This document shows, one piece after another, positions 18,846 through 29,127 of a stretch of 64,000 nt of DNA. The DNA comes from Pseudomonadota bacterium (lineage in GTDB: Bacteria > Desulfobacterota > Syntrophorhabdia > Syntrophorhabdales > Syntrophorhabdaceae). The DNA is taken from contig JAPLKA010000037.1 of NCBI GenBank assembly GCA_026388315.1, positions 34,259 to 98,258 on the forward strand. Direction: 5' to 3'. The position numbers were made by a program, and so were the translations under genes. The notes under the pieces were generated by a model. That model was not told the DNA's origin, searched no databases, and saw only the letters and a list, made by a program, of their open reading frames with translations. Positions within the stretch are counted from its first letter, which is position 1, and every line of letters starts with the position of its first letter.

Positions 18846-19784
18846 ATGAAATATATAGTTACTGGTGGTGCCGGATTTATAGGGTCGCATTTAACAGAAG
18901 AATTGTTAAATATCGGTCATTCAGTTTGCGTGTACGATAATCTGTCAAGCGGTTATGAAAGCAATTTACCGATACATGAATCATTGGCTTTCATAAGAAA
19001 AAGAATACAAGACGTGAACCTCCAAGAAATTGGGAATTTAGACGGAATCTTCCATTTTGGGGCTCAGGCTTCAGTTCCGATTTCGATTGAGGAATTTTAT
19101 GAAAGCAGTAATAACAATTTAGCAAGTTCCTTAAAGGTTTTCGAAATAGCAAAAAATTACGCCATACCCGTTGTTTATGCTTCCTCATCAGCTATTTATG
19201 GAAATTTGCCTATCGGAGATGACGAAAGACCGATCTATGAGATTTTATCTCCTTATGCACAAGATAAATTGGTATTAGAACAATATGCAAAATTATTTTT
19301 TGAATTATATCAAATAAGCTCTATAGGGCTCAGATTTTTTAATGTCTATGGTCCAAAACAAGATCCGGCCAATCCTTATTCCGGGGTTATTTCTGTTTTC
19401 ATCGATAAGTTCTTAAATAAATTACCGGTTACCATCAATGGTGGTTATCAGACACGTGATTTTGTCTATGTTAAAGATATTGTAAAAACTTTAATTCGCT
19501 CAATGGACTTAGCTAAATCAAATAAAGTATGTGAGTTTATTAATGTTGGTACAGGATTATCTACAACTGTTGATGAATTATATCAGAAGTTGTGTAATAT
19601 ATTTAATTTTAAACCGGATGTAATATACAAACCCCTTCCTTTGGGTGATCCGGAAAAATCGAGTGGAATATTTAATAAACTTGATCAATTACTGCAAATC
19701 GATCAAGCAGAATTTTATTCTTTAGATTATGGGTTGAAACATACAGTTGAATACTTTAAGGATATTAATAATGAAAAAATTTGA
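18846..19784 (+). CDS. NAD-dependent sugar epimerase (GalE/WbpP-like SDR)
   Basis: VTGGAGFIGSHL, ASSSAIYG, YAQDK (YxxxK) and RFFNVYGP. Confidence 0.85.
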   Translation: MKYIVTGGAGFIGSHLTEELLNIGHSVCVYDNLSSGYESNLPIHESLAFIRKRIQDVNLQEIGNLDGIFHFGAQASVPISIEEFYESSNNNLASSLKVFEIAKNYAIPVVYASSSAIYGNLPIGDDERPIYEILSPYAQDKLVLEQYAKLFFELYQISSIGLRFFNVYGPKQDPANPYSGVISVFIDKFLNKLPVTINGGYQTRDFVYVKDIVKTLIRSMDLAKSNKVCEFINVGTGLSTTVDELYQKLCNIFNFKPDVIYKPLPLGDPEKSSGIFNKLDQLLQIDQAEFYSLDYGLKHTVEYFKDINNEKI

Positions 19785-21015
19785 GTGGGCTGTTATTGGT
19801 AGCGGTATAGCTGGAATAGTTGCTGCAGAAATTTTGACACGAGAAGGACATAGCACGGTACTGATAGAAAAAAATGAAAAGCTGGCCTCCGAGACAACAC
19901 GCGATTTTCATGAATGGATGCACACAGGTTCACTCTATACGCTAATTCCTGATAATTTAAAGACATTAAAATTTATACTTGGGGCTGTGGACGATCTATT
20001 AGAGTATTATGGTTCGTATGGGAATATGAATTTATTACCCACCGAAAAGGGTTTAGCGATTAGCCAAAAAGAAAGACCTTGGTTTGAGAATAATAATATT
20101 CATTTTAAGTTCCGTATAAAAAATAGAAAATGGACCTTACCTTGGGTTCTTGGTGTTGCAAGAGCGGTTTTCCTTATAGGCAAAATAAAAGAACATGACT
20201 GGCTAAGGAGGCGCGCAGGTGTTGTAGATCAATTCAAGCTAAAAAAGCGTGAATTGTATTTAATAATTCGAAATCTTCTAAAGCATAGAGAGAAATTTTT
20301 TGATTGTGAAACAACAGACTTTACAATGAACTCAAGAAATATCCTTAATGATCTAATATGTCAGTCAGTTAATAATGGTCTTCAAATCTCAACTTCCAAT
20401 AAATTTGTAAATTTTGAAGAAAAAGAAGGGAAAATTCTTGTTAATTGTTTAAAAAAGAAATTTGAAGTTGAAAGACTATTACTTTGTATTAGCGGCGATA
20501 TCGTTAAACATTTTGATTCAAGCGTAAAGATAAGTTATGCCCCATTGGCAGTTGTGAAGAATATCCATCCTGACACAAATTCATTTGTTGAATTAGATTA
20601 CTTCCCCGAAAATTGCATTAACATCATAACCAAAAGTGATGGTATTGGATTAATTGGCGGAATATCATTTTCAAATATCAACAGATGTGATTCTTACATC
20701 AAAGAGGTTATCGAAAAGCACAAAGAATATAATCCCGAGCTAAAGGTATTGCATACTTATAACGGAGTAAAAAGTGAAATTACCTTTAAGGATCAACCCA
20801 GAAATTACTTATATCATATATTAAAATTACGACAGAATATTTGGGGAATAATTCCGGGTAAGTTTGCTTTAGGGTTCAGCATTGCGCCCGAATTTTATAG
20901 ACAAGTATATAAAAAGAATCCGAGAAAATATTTTAACTCTTCAAATGACAATAAATTTAATTCTCAATTAATTTCAAATACAGTTTGGTATGATACATAT
21001 CATCAAAATAAATAA
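19771..21015 (+). CDS. FAD-dependent oxidoreductase
   Basis: Dinucleotide fold WAVIGSGIAGIVAAEIL..VLIEK. I prefer ATG 19771 (MKKFEW), which overlaps the upstream stop by 14 nt. Confidence 0.65.
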   Translation: MKKFEWAVIGSGIAGIVAAEILTREGHSTVLIEKNEKLASETTRDFHEWMHTGSLYTLIPDNLKTLKFILGAVDDLLEYYGSYGNMNLLPTEKGLAISQKERPWFENNNIHFKFRIKNRKWTLPWVLGVARAVFLIGKIKEHDWLRRRAGVVDQFKLKKRELYLIIRNLLKHREKFFDCETTDFTMNSRNILNDLICQSVNNGLQISTSNKFVNFEEKEGKILVNCLKKKFEVERLLLCISGDIVKHFDSSVKISYAPLAVVKNIHPDTNSFVELDYFPENCINIITKSDGIGLIGGISFSNINRCDSYIKEVIEKHKEYNPELKVLHTYNGVKSEITFKDQPRNYLYHILKLRQNIWGIIPGKFALGFSIAPEFYRQVYKKNPRKYFNSSNDNKFNSQLISNTVWYDTYHQNK

Positions 21016-21029
21016 ATGGAGGTTCTGCT

Positions 21030-22097
21030 GTGGGAATGATTAAGATTCCTCAAAGTGCTGTTGAATTCTTTAAACAAAACATTGATGAAATATTCTTTAC
21101 TGGTAATCTTGCCGAGGGAAAGTGGAATAAAGAATTATCAAACCACGTTTCAGAATATTGCGGTGTAAAGCACGCTACGCCTACATCTTCAAACGGCAGC
21201 GGATTAGTTGCGTTGATGCTGATTTACAAGGAATATTTTAATAGATCGGAAGTGCTACTGCAATCGAATACGATGTATGGTGTAAAGACCATGGTTTATT
21301 CTGCCGGTTGTCATTTATCCGGTTTTATTGGCTGTACTTTAGATACTCTCATGCCATCTTTCGAACAAGTAAAACAAGCAGTGGAAGACTTTGTTGGTGA
21401 TAAAAAAAAGATGATTATATTACTCAGTCATATAGGGGGTATAATAAACCCTGATATTGAGAGAATTGCTGAATTCTGCCGATCTGAGAATATTATTCTT
21501 CTTGAAGACTGTGCCCATAGTTACGGAGCTACAATAAATGGTAAACATTCAGGTACTTTTGGAGACGCGGGAGCTTTCAGTTTCTATGCAACCAAATCTG
21601 TTCCAGCCGGAGAGGGAGGAATTGTTATCACTAAACATGATGATATTGGGGAATACATTAAACGCTTTATTATATATGATAGATTCGAACAGAAAATGAA
21701 GATTGGTAATAATAATAGACCTTCAGAAATTCAAGCGTTGCTCATTTATGCAGTTGTAAAATGTACTGATGAAATTATTAAAAATAAAAAGGGAATAGCT
21801 GATAAGTATATTGCAGTGTGTAATGAATTATCTATTCCTTACATTAAGCAAAATGCAAAAACTTCTTTGGGCAATTATTATAAATTTATCGTTTATAATG
21901 CAAAAATACCGATAAGTGAATATTTACCTACCTTAAAAACAAAAACTTCCGGTGTATATGATTATTCATTGGGGAACTCGAAATCAATTACTACCCATCA
22001 TGCTTGTTTGCCTATTTGGTATGGACAGGAAAATGAAGTAACAGAAAAAGTTATTAGTGAACTGTATGCATCAAGATTGTTAGTTGATAAGGTTTAG
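21030..22097 (+). CDS. DegT/DnrJ/EryC1/StrS-family aminotransferase
   Basis: LEDCAHSYGA and FSFYATKSVPAGEGG (PLP lysine). Confidence 0.8.
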   Translation: MGMIKIPQSAVEFFKQNIDEIFFTGNLAEGKWNKELSNHVSEYCGVKHATPTSSNGSGLVALMLIYKEYFNRSEVLLQSNTMYGVKTMVYSAGCHLSGFIGCTLDTLMPSFEQVKQAVEDFVGDKKKMIILLSHIGGIINPDIERIAEFCRSENIILLEDCAHSYGATINGKHSGTFGDAGAFSFYATKSVPAGEGGIVITKHDDIGEYIKRFIIYDRFEQKMKIGNNNRPSEIQALLIYAVVKCTDEIIKNKKGIADKYIAVCNELSIPYIKQNAKTSLGNYYKFIVYNAKIPISEYLPTLKTKTSGVYDYSLGNSKSITTHHACLPIWYGQENEVTEKVISELYASRLLVDKV

Positions 22098-22100
22098 ATT

Positions 22101-23264
22101 ATGAAGATTGCTTATCTTTCTACTGGCGTAAGCATACATGATTATCGCTTTTTATCTAAAATGGTTGAGTATGGCCATGAGACATTTCTTATATCATATT
22201 TTGGTAACAACCTTGTTAATGTCGAGGGTGTTAAAGTTTACAAGTACAACTATTATAGAAGGCTATATGCTTTTAATCGTTATATAGCTCCTTTTTTAGG
22301 ATTTCAGTTTGCAAAAATAACATGGACTTTTCAGATAGCATTTCATCTTAGAAAACTATTAAAGAATATTAAACCGGACATTTTGCACACTAATTTTATA
22401 CAATATGACGGATTCTATGGTGCACTTGCAGGTTTTAAGCCGACAATCTCTATGCCATGGGGTTCTGATATTTTGATTAATCCTGAGCGATCGAAGTTTG
22501 ATAATTTTGCTACAAAATTTACCTTGAAAAAGGCTGACAGAATAGTTTGTGATTGTGAGTTGGTGAAACAGAAAATTATCCAATTAAGTCATTGTTCATC
22601 CGACAAGATAACCAAGGTATTGTGTGGCGTTAACCAAAATATATTCAATAAAAATGCCTCCGGGCGTAACGTTAGAGCAAGAATGGGGTTGGAAGAAAAA
22701 ACAATCTTGCTTATGAATAGGAATTTCATGCCTGTTTATGGCAATGAGTATTTTATTAAGGCGTTACCAACAATAACAAAAAAGTTTCCTAACGTATATG
22801 TGATTTTAATAGGGGATGGGCCAAATAGAGGTGATTGTATTACACAAGTCGCCAATTCAGGTATTCAAAATTTTGTACATTTTGCCGGGTCAGTTACAGA
22901 GACAGAAATGGCAGAATATCTTAATGCTGCTGATATATATGTATCAACATCCTTGAGTGACGGGTCATCGGTATCTCTTCTTGAGGCATTTGCGTGTGGT
23001 AAACCTGTTGTGGTAACAGATATACCAGCGAATCGGGAGTGGGTAGAAAATGGAATTAATGGTTTCCTTGTTCCGCCACGAGATCCGGAAACGACTGCAA
23101 AAGCTATTATAAAGTTATTAGAGAATAGTCAATTGGCGAGTTCATTCGGCGAAAGGAACCTGAAGATTGCAAAAGATAAGGCGAACTGGGACAGGGAATA
23201 TGAGAGGTTAAATAATTTGTATGTTGAATTGATTGGCAAAAATAGTAAGCTTATAGGAGATTAA
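22101..23264 (+). CDS. GT4-family glycosyltransferase
   Basis: SVSLLEAFACGKPVVVTDIPANREWVENGINGFLV. It is a paralogue of 24750..25853 over its full length. Confidence 0.85.
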   Translation: MKIAYLSTGVSIHDYRFLSKMVEYGHETFLISYFGNNLVNVEGVKVYKYNYYRRLYAFNRYIAPFLGFQFAKITWTFQIAFHLRKLLKNIKPDILHTNFIQYDGFYGALAGFKPTISMPWGSDILINPERSKFDNFATKFTLKKADRIVCDCELVKQKIIQLSHCSSDKITKVLCGVNQNIFNKNASGRNVRARMGLEEKTILLMNRNFMPVYGNEYFIKALPTITKKFPNVYVILIGDGPNRGDCITQVANSGIQNFVHFAGSVTETEMAEYLNAADIYVSTSLSDGSSVSLLEAFACGKPVVVTDIPANREWVENGINGFLVPPRDPETTAKAIIKLLENSQLASSFGERNLKIAKDKANWDREYERLNNLYVELIGKNSKLIGD

Positions 23265-23424
23265 AATAATAGTGGCAACTGCCCCCCCAGTACTGGATCA
23301 CTGCGCGAGAAAAAATTTATGGATTTTTGGAGTATGATAAAAATCTATGTAATTATATTTGGCCAAAAGCCTTCATGATTATTAGTATAGGGGAAAGATC
23401 AGCGGAAAAGGATGGTGAAGGCAG

Positions 23425-24753
23425 TTGAAGATTGGCTATCTATGGACAGATGGATCTAGCAGGGTGGTGGGGAATACTGCCGAAGCCGTGCACGTTCAAT
23501 CAATATGTCTGGCGCTGAAAAAGCTGGGACACCAGATTTTTATCGTGTCAGGTGAACTGGAAACAACTGGTGACTCGCAGGGTACACTGTGTCCATTTCC
23601 TCTAAGTGTGATTCCATCCCCCAACCCATTGCCGGTTACTTCTTGGCTCTACCAATGGGCTAATAAGCATAAGCGTCACTCAACGTCTCGGTCAGCTCAA
23701 GGGCCTGGATCTGAAGCACCCAGGCCGGCTGTTGGCTACGTACCTACCTGGCAATTACATCCTTTGTGGAGCGATCTTGAACAGAGGATATCAGCCTTGC
23801 GCTATCAGCAACATTTCTACCATCAGGCGCATCCTTTGTTGGAGCAGGAGCGCCCCGATGCCCTCTATCAGCGCTATACGCGATATGGATTGTCTGGGAT
23901 TCGGCTGGCAAGGGACCTACGGATTCCGCTGATCGTGGAAATGAACGCTTCTTTCACAGAACCACGGGAATGGTTCCGGCAGCCGAGCCCTCTTTATCCG
24001 TGGATGATTGAGCAGAGCGAGCGCTATCTTTGCCTTAATGCTACAGCGGTGGTAATAGTGTCTGCCGCGCAAACGCCTTACCTTCAAAGATTAGGGGTGT
24101 CTGAGGATCGGACTTTAGTCCTCCCCAATGCAGTGAACCTTGAACTATTCAAACCCAATAAAGAAGCAGCCTTGGCCATCCGGCAAAGGTATGGGTTGTT
24201 AGGTAAGTTTGTGGTGGGATTTATTAGTTCTATGAGGCCTTGGCACGATGTGGAGACCTTGCTGGAGGCTATCAAACTGGTAAAGCAAAGCCCGTTAGAC
24301 ATTTGCGCTTTGATTGTCGGTGATGGACCCGCTCGGCCCGCACTGGAGAGCAGGGTTAAAGAAATGGGGCTGGAGGGGATGGTAATTTTCGTTGGACATG
24401 TGCCCCATCCAGAGGTCTCCAGTTTCATAGAAAGCATGGATACTACGGCTGTGTTGTGTTCAGATTCTTTGGGTTCCCCTATGAAACTTTTCGAGTATCT
24501 TGCGATGTGCAAGCCGGTGATTGCATCTCGGTCCGGGCAATTGACTGAAATCATCCAGCATCGACAGAACGGCATGCTTGTAGATCCTCAGAATTCTCTG
24601 CATGTTGCCGAGGCATTATTGGAATTGGGAAACAACCCACACTTAAGGGAACGGCTGGGGAAAGCGGCGCGTCTGACCGTGGAGAGCAAGCACACCTGGG
24701 AACATAACGCTCAGGCAGTGGTTGATTTATTGGAGAGGTTTGGCGCAAAGTGA
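23425..24753 (+). CDS. GT4-family glycosyltransferase (higher-GC block)
   Basis: TTG start. GSPMKLFEYLAMCKPVIASRSGQLTEIIQHRQNGMLV. GC is clearly higher than in the flanking genes. Confidence 0.8.
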   Translation: MKIGYLWTDGSSRVVGNTAEAVHVQSICLALKKLGHQIFIVSGELETTGDSQGTLCPFPLSVIPSPNPLPVTSWLYQWANKHKRHSTSRSAQGPGSEAPRPAVGYVPTWQLHPLWSDLEQRISALRYQQHFYHQAHPLLEQERPDALYQRYTRYGLSGIRLARDLRIPLIVEMNASFTEPREWFRQPSPLYPWMIEQSERYLCLNATAVVIVSAAQTPYLQRLGVSEDRTLVLPNAVNLELFKPNKEAALAIRQRYGLLGKFVVGFISSMRPWHDVETLLEAIKLVKQSPLDICALIVGDGPARPALESRVKEMGLEGMVIFVGHVPHPEVSSFIESMDTTAVLCSDSLGSPMKLFEYLAMCKPVIASRSGQLTEIIQHRQNGMLVDPQNSLHVAEALLELGNNPHLRERLGKAARLTVESKHTWEHNAQAVVDLLERFGAK

Positions 24754-25853
24754 AGATAGCCTATCTTTCCCACGGATTAAGCGTGTATGACCATCGCTTT
24801 CTGGCTAAGATGGTAGAGCGAGGTCATAGGGCCTACTTGCTCTCCTGCTGGCCGGACAAAGCTAATATTGATATTCCAGGGGTTGATCACATCCATTATC
24901 GTCTTTCATTCCCCAGAGTAAAATTACTGCCAGCCATCTTGCATCTGAGGAGGACACTTAGCAAGATCAAACCCGATGTTCTTCACACCGGATTTCTCCA
25001 ACACCACGGCTTCTATGGGGCCTTAAGTGGTTTCCATCCTGTCCTTTCCATGCCGTGGGGGTCTGATGTTCTGATAGTGTCTGATGCGTCCCGGTACGAG
25101 CGATTGATCGCGCAATTTACCCTGAAACGGGCTGATATGATTACCTGCGACTGCGCCCTTGTGAAGAATAAGATTGTGGCGTTGACCGGCTATCCGGAAG
25201 AAAAGATTGTAATCTTTCCCTGGGGGATAGACCTTACTATTTTCAAACCAGCGACAAAGCCTTCGGCTTTACGAGATAACCTTGGTTGGACCGGCAAAAA
25301 GGTCCTGATCATGACGCGTCAGTTCAAACCAATATATGGCATTGAGTATTTCCTCGATGCCTTGGCGGTTGTGGTAAAAGCGGAACCGGATACACGGGTG
25401 ATTCTGGCGGGGGCTGGCCCTTTGGAGAGTGAGTATCGAAGACGCATAACGGAACTGGGAATGAACGGTATTGTATATTTCCCCGGATGGTTGGATGATG
25501 CCGGCACGAGTGAACATCTTAATGCCGCTGACATCTACATCACAACATCGCTTAGTGACGGCACCTCTGCTTCTATGCTTGAAGCTATGGCGTGTGGTTT
25601 GCCCGTGGTGGTGTCTGACGCTCCGTCCTACTTTGAGTGGGTACGGGATGGGGTGAACGGCTTTATTGTTCCACGCCGTAACGTGGAGCAGATTGCAACC
25701 TGCTTGATCGGGTTGCTTCAAGACAAAGATTTACAACAGGAGATGGGCACTCGCAACTTGGCTCTCGCTCGTGAACGTGCTGATTGGGAACGCAATTTCG
25801 ATACATTGGAAGGTATCTACGAACGTCTTGTAACACAGCGTAGACAAGGATAG
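24750..25853 (+). CDS. GT4-family glycosyltransferase (higher-GC paralogue of 22101..23264)
   Basis: MKIAYLSHGLSVYDHRFLAKMVERGH versus MKIAYLSTGVSIHDYRFLSKMVEYGH. Also TSASMLEAMACGLPVVVSD. Confidence 0.85.
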   Translation: MKIAYLSHGLSVYDHRFLAKMVERGHRAYLLSCWPDKANIDIPGVDHIHYRLSFPRVKLLPAILHLRRTLSKIKPDVLHTGFLQHHGFYGALSGFHPVLSMPWGSDVLIVSDASRYERLIAQFTLKRADMITCDCALVKNKIVALTGYPEEKIVIFPWGIDLTIFKPATKPSALRDNLGWTGKKVLIMTRQFKPIYGIEYFLDALAVVVKAEPDTRVILAGAGPLESEYRRRITELGMNGIVYFPGWLDDAGTSEHLNAADIYITTSLSDGTSASMLEAMACGLPVVVSDAPSYFEWVRDGVNGFIVPRRNVEQIATCLIGLLQDKDLQQEMGTRNLALARERADWERNFDTLEGIYERLVTQRRQG

Positions 25854-27092
25854 ATGGTTGGAGATAAGGTAATGATGTCTAATTACGATATTGTTTGCAT
25901 AGGACCACATTCCTGGTCTAATGGAATTGGCGGACAAATATGGCGGCGGCGTCATCATTTAATGACAAACCTCGCAAAAAAACATCGGGTTCTTTTTATT
26001 GAAACAGCTTATTTTTCACCTGTTCGTTTTTTGGAAAGTGTTTTTAATGTATCCGCTGTGGTTTCACCGGTGAAAAAAGTTCGTGCTAATTTATGGATAT
26101 TAACATTATATAGTCCCTTACCTTTCCAGGAAACTGCTTTGAGAAGAGGGATAGAAACAATTAAGCGAATTAACGATAAAGCATGTTTGTACCAGATAAA
26201 AAAGGCGTTAAAAGACATAGGTTTTAAAAGCAACTTTTTATTATGGGCTTATTATACACCCAGGACAACTTACCTTTTAGATAATTTTAAGTCTAATTTT
26301 ACTGTTTGCGATGTTTACGATAAATACACTGAGTATAGTACAACTGACGGCTGGAGCAAAGATTATATACCCGCTCAGGAAAAGATAATATTTAAAAAAA
26401 GTGACATAGTCTTTACGGCCTCTCAACCATTATTAGACTATAGTCGAAGATATAATAGTAATTGTTATTTAATACCAAACGGTGTTGACGAAATATTTTG
26501 CGCAACCGATATGAATACTACGGATGTCCCAAATGATTTAAAATCAGTTCCGTCTCCTCGGATTGGATATGTTGGAAGTATTTTTGATAAGCTGGATTAT
26601 GAACTGCTTCTCAATGTCATAAAGTCGTGTGAGAATTATTCGTTTGTATTTATTGGGCCTGTTAGAATAGTGATTAATCATAAACAACGACAGTATGGCG
26701 AATTGACAAAGTTGTCTAATGCATTTTTCTTGGGTCCGAAAAGCTTAAAAGAGCTTCCTGGATACTACAAAGGGCTTGATGTGTGCATTGCTCCATATGA
26801 TATATCTTTTGAGCAGTTGAACTGGGCCGATGTCTATGTTTGTAAGATGTGGGAGTACTTAGCTGTGGGCAAACCCATTGTGATTACTATAAACCGCGAT
26901 ATCGATCCAAGGCTTAGGCCTTCTATCGCGATAGCCAATAACTATACGGATTTTATCGGTGCCATTAATCGCGCAGTTAAAGAAGGTGGCAATATTGATA
27001 AAAAATTGAATGTCAGGCTTGCCGAAGATAACACTTGGCCAAAAAGAGTTGATGAGATGGAAAAAATAATAGCGCAGCACTTGAAGGAATAA
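25854..27092 (+). CDS. glycosyltransferase (TuaH-like GT-B)
   Basis: IPNGVD, PRIGYVGSIFDKLDYELL, FVFIGPV and WEYLAVGKPIV. Paralogue of 27952..29127. Confidence 0.6.
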   Translation: MVGDKVMMSNYDIVCIGPHSWSNGIGGQIWRRRHHLMTNLAKKHRVLFIETAYFSPVRFLESVFNVSAVVSPVKKVRANLWILTLYSPLPFQETALRRGIETIKRINDKACLYQIKKALKDIGFKSNFLLWAYYTPRTTYLLDNFKSNFTVCDVYDKYTEYSTTDGWSKDYIPAQEKIIFKKSDIVFTASQPLLDYSRRYNSNCYLIPNGVDEIFCATDMNTTDVPNDLKSVPSPRIGYVGSIFDKLDYELLLNVIKSCENYSFVFIGPVRIVINHKQRQYGELTKLSNAFFLGPKSLKELPGYYKGLDVCIAPYDISFEQLNWADVYVCKMWEYLAVGKPIVITINRDIDPRLRPSIAIANNYTDFIGAINRAVKEGGNIDKKLNVRLAEDNTWPKRVDEMEKIIAQHLKE

Positions 27093-27095
27093 AAA

Positions 27096-27911
27096 ATGCT
27101 TTTGTCGATCCCATACGGTAGTGAGCTAAAATACACAAAGCTTCTAAACGGGAAAGCGAGGATCGTTTACGCTCTCTTTGGCGAAGACTATCCCGGACAT
27201 CGGGTAAGATTTTACATAAATCGGCGATGTCTGGAAAGATACGCGGAAGGAGGAAACCTGAAGGTTCTCGAGATTGGGTCAAACAATGGCGCTTTCTCCT
27301 TCTGGCTCAGTAGAAACCCGCGTTTCAGGGTTGTTGGCCTTGAGAACGAAGAAAAATATGTTGTAGATTGCGAACGCATAGCGAGAAGGTTAGAACGAGA
27401 AAACATCCGTTTTATTTGCGCCGATGCTGCAAAAGAACCCATTGCGGAAGACCCTTTTGATCTAATATTTACGTCTCATGTGCTGGAACATATAAAAGAC
27501 GATACTATTGTCCTCGCTAACGCGTTCCGTCTCACAAAATATGGTGGTCATCTGATCATACAGGTCCCCTATGGTAACCCGGATAAAGCGCCTTCCTGTG
27601 CTGACTTGGCAAAGGGCCACGTCAGGGAAGGATACTCAGTGGATGATATCTGCAAGAAAGTACGCACCGCTGGCTTTGAAATCATAAGCGCGGGAGGCAG
27701 TGTTGGACGGATAGGACGGTTCGCATACCGGCTCGGGATAAAACTTTTGGACCTTCACCTTTTAGTACATTTTGGCATATTGTTATTGCCACTTGTCCAT
27801 TTTCTGATCTATTGCGAAGATTTGATGGCACGGGTAAGAAAACGAGATCCTTTACCGCAGAGCGGTATCCTTGTTGTGGCTCGCCGCCCTGATCATAAAC
27901 GCGAAGCTTGA
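27096..27911 (+). CDS. class I SAM-dependent methyltransferase with C-terminal hydrophobic tail
   Basis: VLEIGSNNGAFSFWL, VVGLENE and FDLIFTSHVLEHIKDD. Confidence 0.8.
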   Translation: MLLSIPYGSELKYTKLLNGKARIVYALFGEDYPGHRVRFYINRRCLERYAEGGNLKVLEIGSNNGAFSFWLSRNPRFRVVGLENEEKYVVDCERIARRLERENIRFICADAAKEPIAEDPFDLIFTSHVLEHIKDDTIVLANAFRLTKYGGHLIIQVPYGNPDKAPSCADLAKGHVREGYSVDDICKKVRTAGFEIISAGGSVGRIGRFAYRLGIKLLDLHLLVHFGILLLPLVHFLIYCEDLMARVRKRDPLPQSGILVVARRPDHKREA

Positions 27912-27951
27912 AAATAGAACACACACGGTTTTGTTCTTACCATAAATTATT

Positions 27952-29127
27952 GTGAAAAACTTTGATCTGATAGTTTATTTAGGCGGCGATTGGTTGGGCT
28001 ATCATCGACGCCAAATGCTTCTTGCGCTCGCCGCCAGGATAGGAGAAGGAGGCAAGATTCTTTGTGTTGAGCGTCCTGTTTGCCCATTCACCACGCCTGT
28101 TCTGCATCCGAAGAAGTTTAGGGAATGGTTGGCTGGGAAACGGGGTATAAGGAAGGTGACAAATAATCTTTTCATTTATACGCCATATTATTTGGTTCAT
28201 GATCAAATAGCTTCGCGTGTTCCGGGAATTGTTGTTGTGAATCGTGCTTTGCTTTCCAGGTTGCTAAAAAATGTTATCAGGAAGATATCTTTTGAGGAAA
28301 GAACACTTCTATCATGGATCTACAATCCTTTCCAGACTGACTACATAGGCTTAGTGGGTGAAATTGGCTACATTTATGAATGCCTTGATAATTATCCTGA
28401 ACTGATGAGAGGTAGTTTCTCAAAGGTCAAGATCGAGCAAATGGAGGAAGCCTTAGTCAAAAAGGCGAAGATTGTTTTTACAACTGCTCTTAAACTTTAC
28501 AATACTCAAAAAACGATGAGTCCAAACACATTTTATATACCAAATGGTGTTAATCTCTCTTTGTTTCAACATTTTTGCGAAAATGATCAAATCCCTGATG
28601 ATTTGAAGTCAATCCCCGAGCCCCGTTTTGGATTTGTCGGAAGATTAGACGAGGCATTCATAGATTGTGAGCTAATCGAGACTGTAGCTGTGAGCAATCC
28701 AACTTGGTCTTTCATTTTTATTGGGCCGGTTAATACCACGCTACAAACCAAGAGATTACAATCACTGCCAAACATCTTTTTTCTTGGAATAAAGACTTAT
28801 GAATTGTTGCCCCTTTATTTAAAACCCTTAGATGCTGGTCTCATTCCATTAAAAATAAACAAAATTACTGAATGTTTGAATCCGCTAAAGCTTTATGAAT
28901 ATATGGCTGCTGGTTGTCCTATTGTCTCTACTGACGTGCCTGAAATAAGGCCATATGCAGGTTTTGTCAGAGTAGCGCGAAGTATTGATGAGTTCACAAA
29001 CGCACTCCGGTCGGTACTCAACAATGATAGCTTCCAGTTACGCCAATCTTTGCGTGAGGAAGCAAAACAACATTCTTGGGAAGTTAGAGTGAAAGAAATG
29101 ATAAGGATTATACAGAATGCAATATAA
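27952..29127 (+). CDS. glycosyltransferase (TuaH-like GT-B)
   Basis: IPNGVN, PRFGFVGRLDEAFIDCEL, FIFIGPV and YEYMAAGCPIVSTDVPE. Confidence 0.6.
   Translation: MKNFDLIVYLGGDWLGYHRRQMLLALAARIGEGGKILCVERPVCPFTTPVLHPKKFREWLAGKRGIRKVTNNLFIYTPYYLVHDQIASRVPGIVVVNRALLSRLLKNVIRKISFEERTLLSWIYNPFQTDYIGLVGEIGYIYECLDNYPELMRGSFSKVKIEQMEEALVKKAKIVFTTALKLYNTQKTMSPNTFYIPNGVNLSLFQHFCENDQIPDDLKSIPEPRFGFVGRLDEAFIDCELIETVAVSNPTWSFIFIGPVNTTLQTKRLQSLPNIFFLGIKTYELLPLYLKPLDAGLIPLKINKITECLNPLKLYEYMAAGCPIVSTDVPEIRPYAGFVRVARSIDEFTNALRSVLNNDSFQLRQSLREEAKQHSWEVRVKEMIRIIQNAI

Noticed and set aside
18766-18849. 27-codon ORF (MNDERILLVMLPFYRLMG...) overlapping the epimerase start by ATGA
   Set aside because: It is too short to support. 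It could be a leader peptide or the N-terminal relic of a B12-binding/radical-SAM-type gene, but there is no further evidence.
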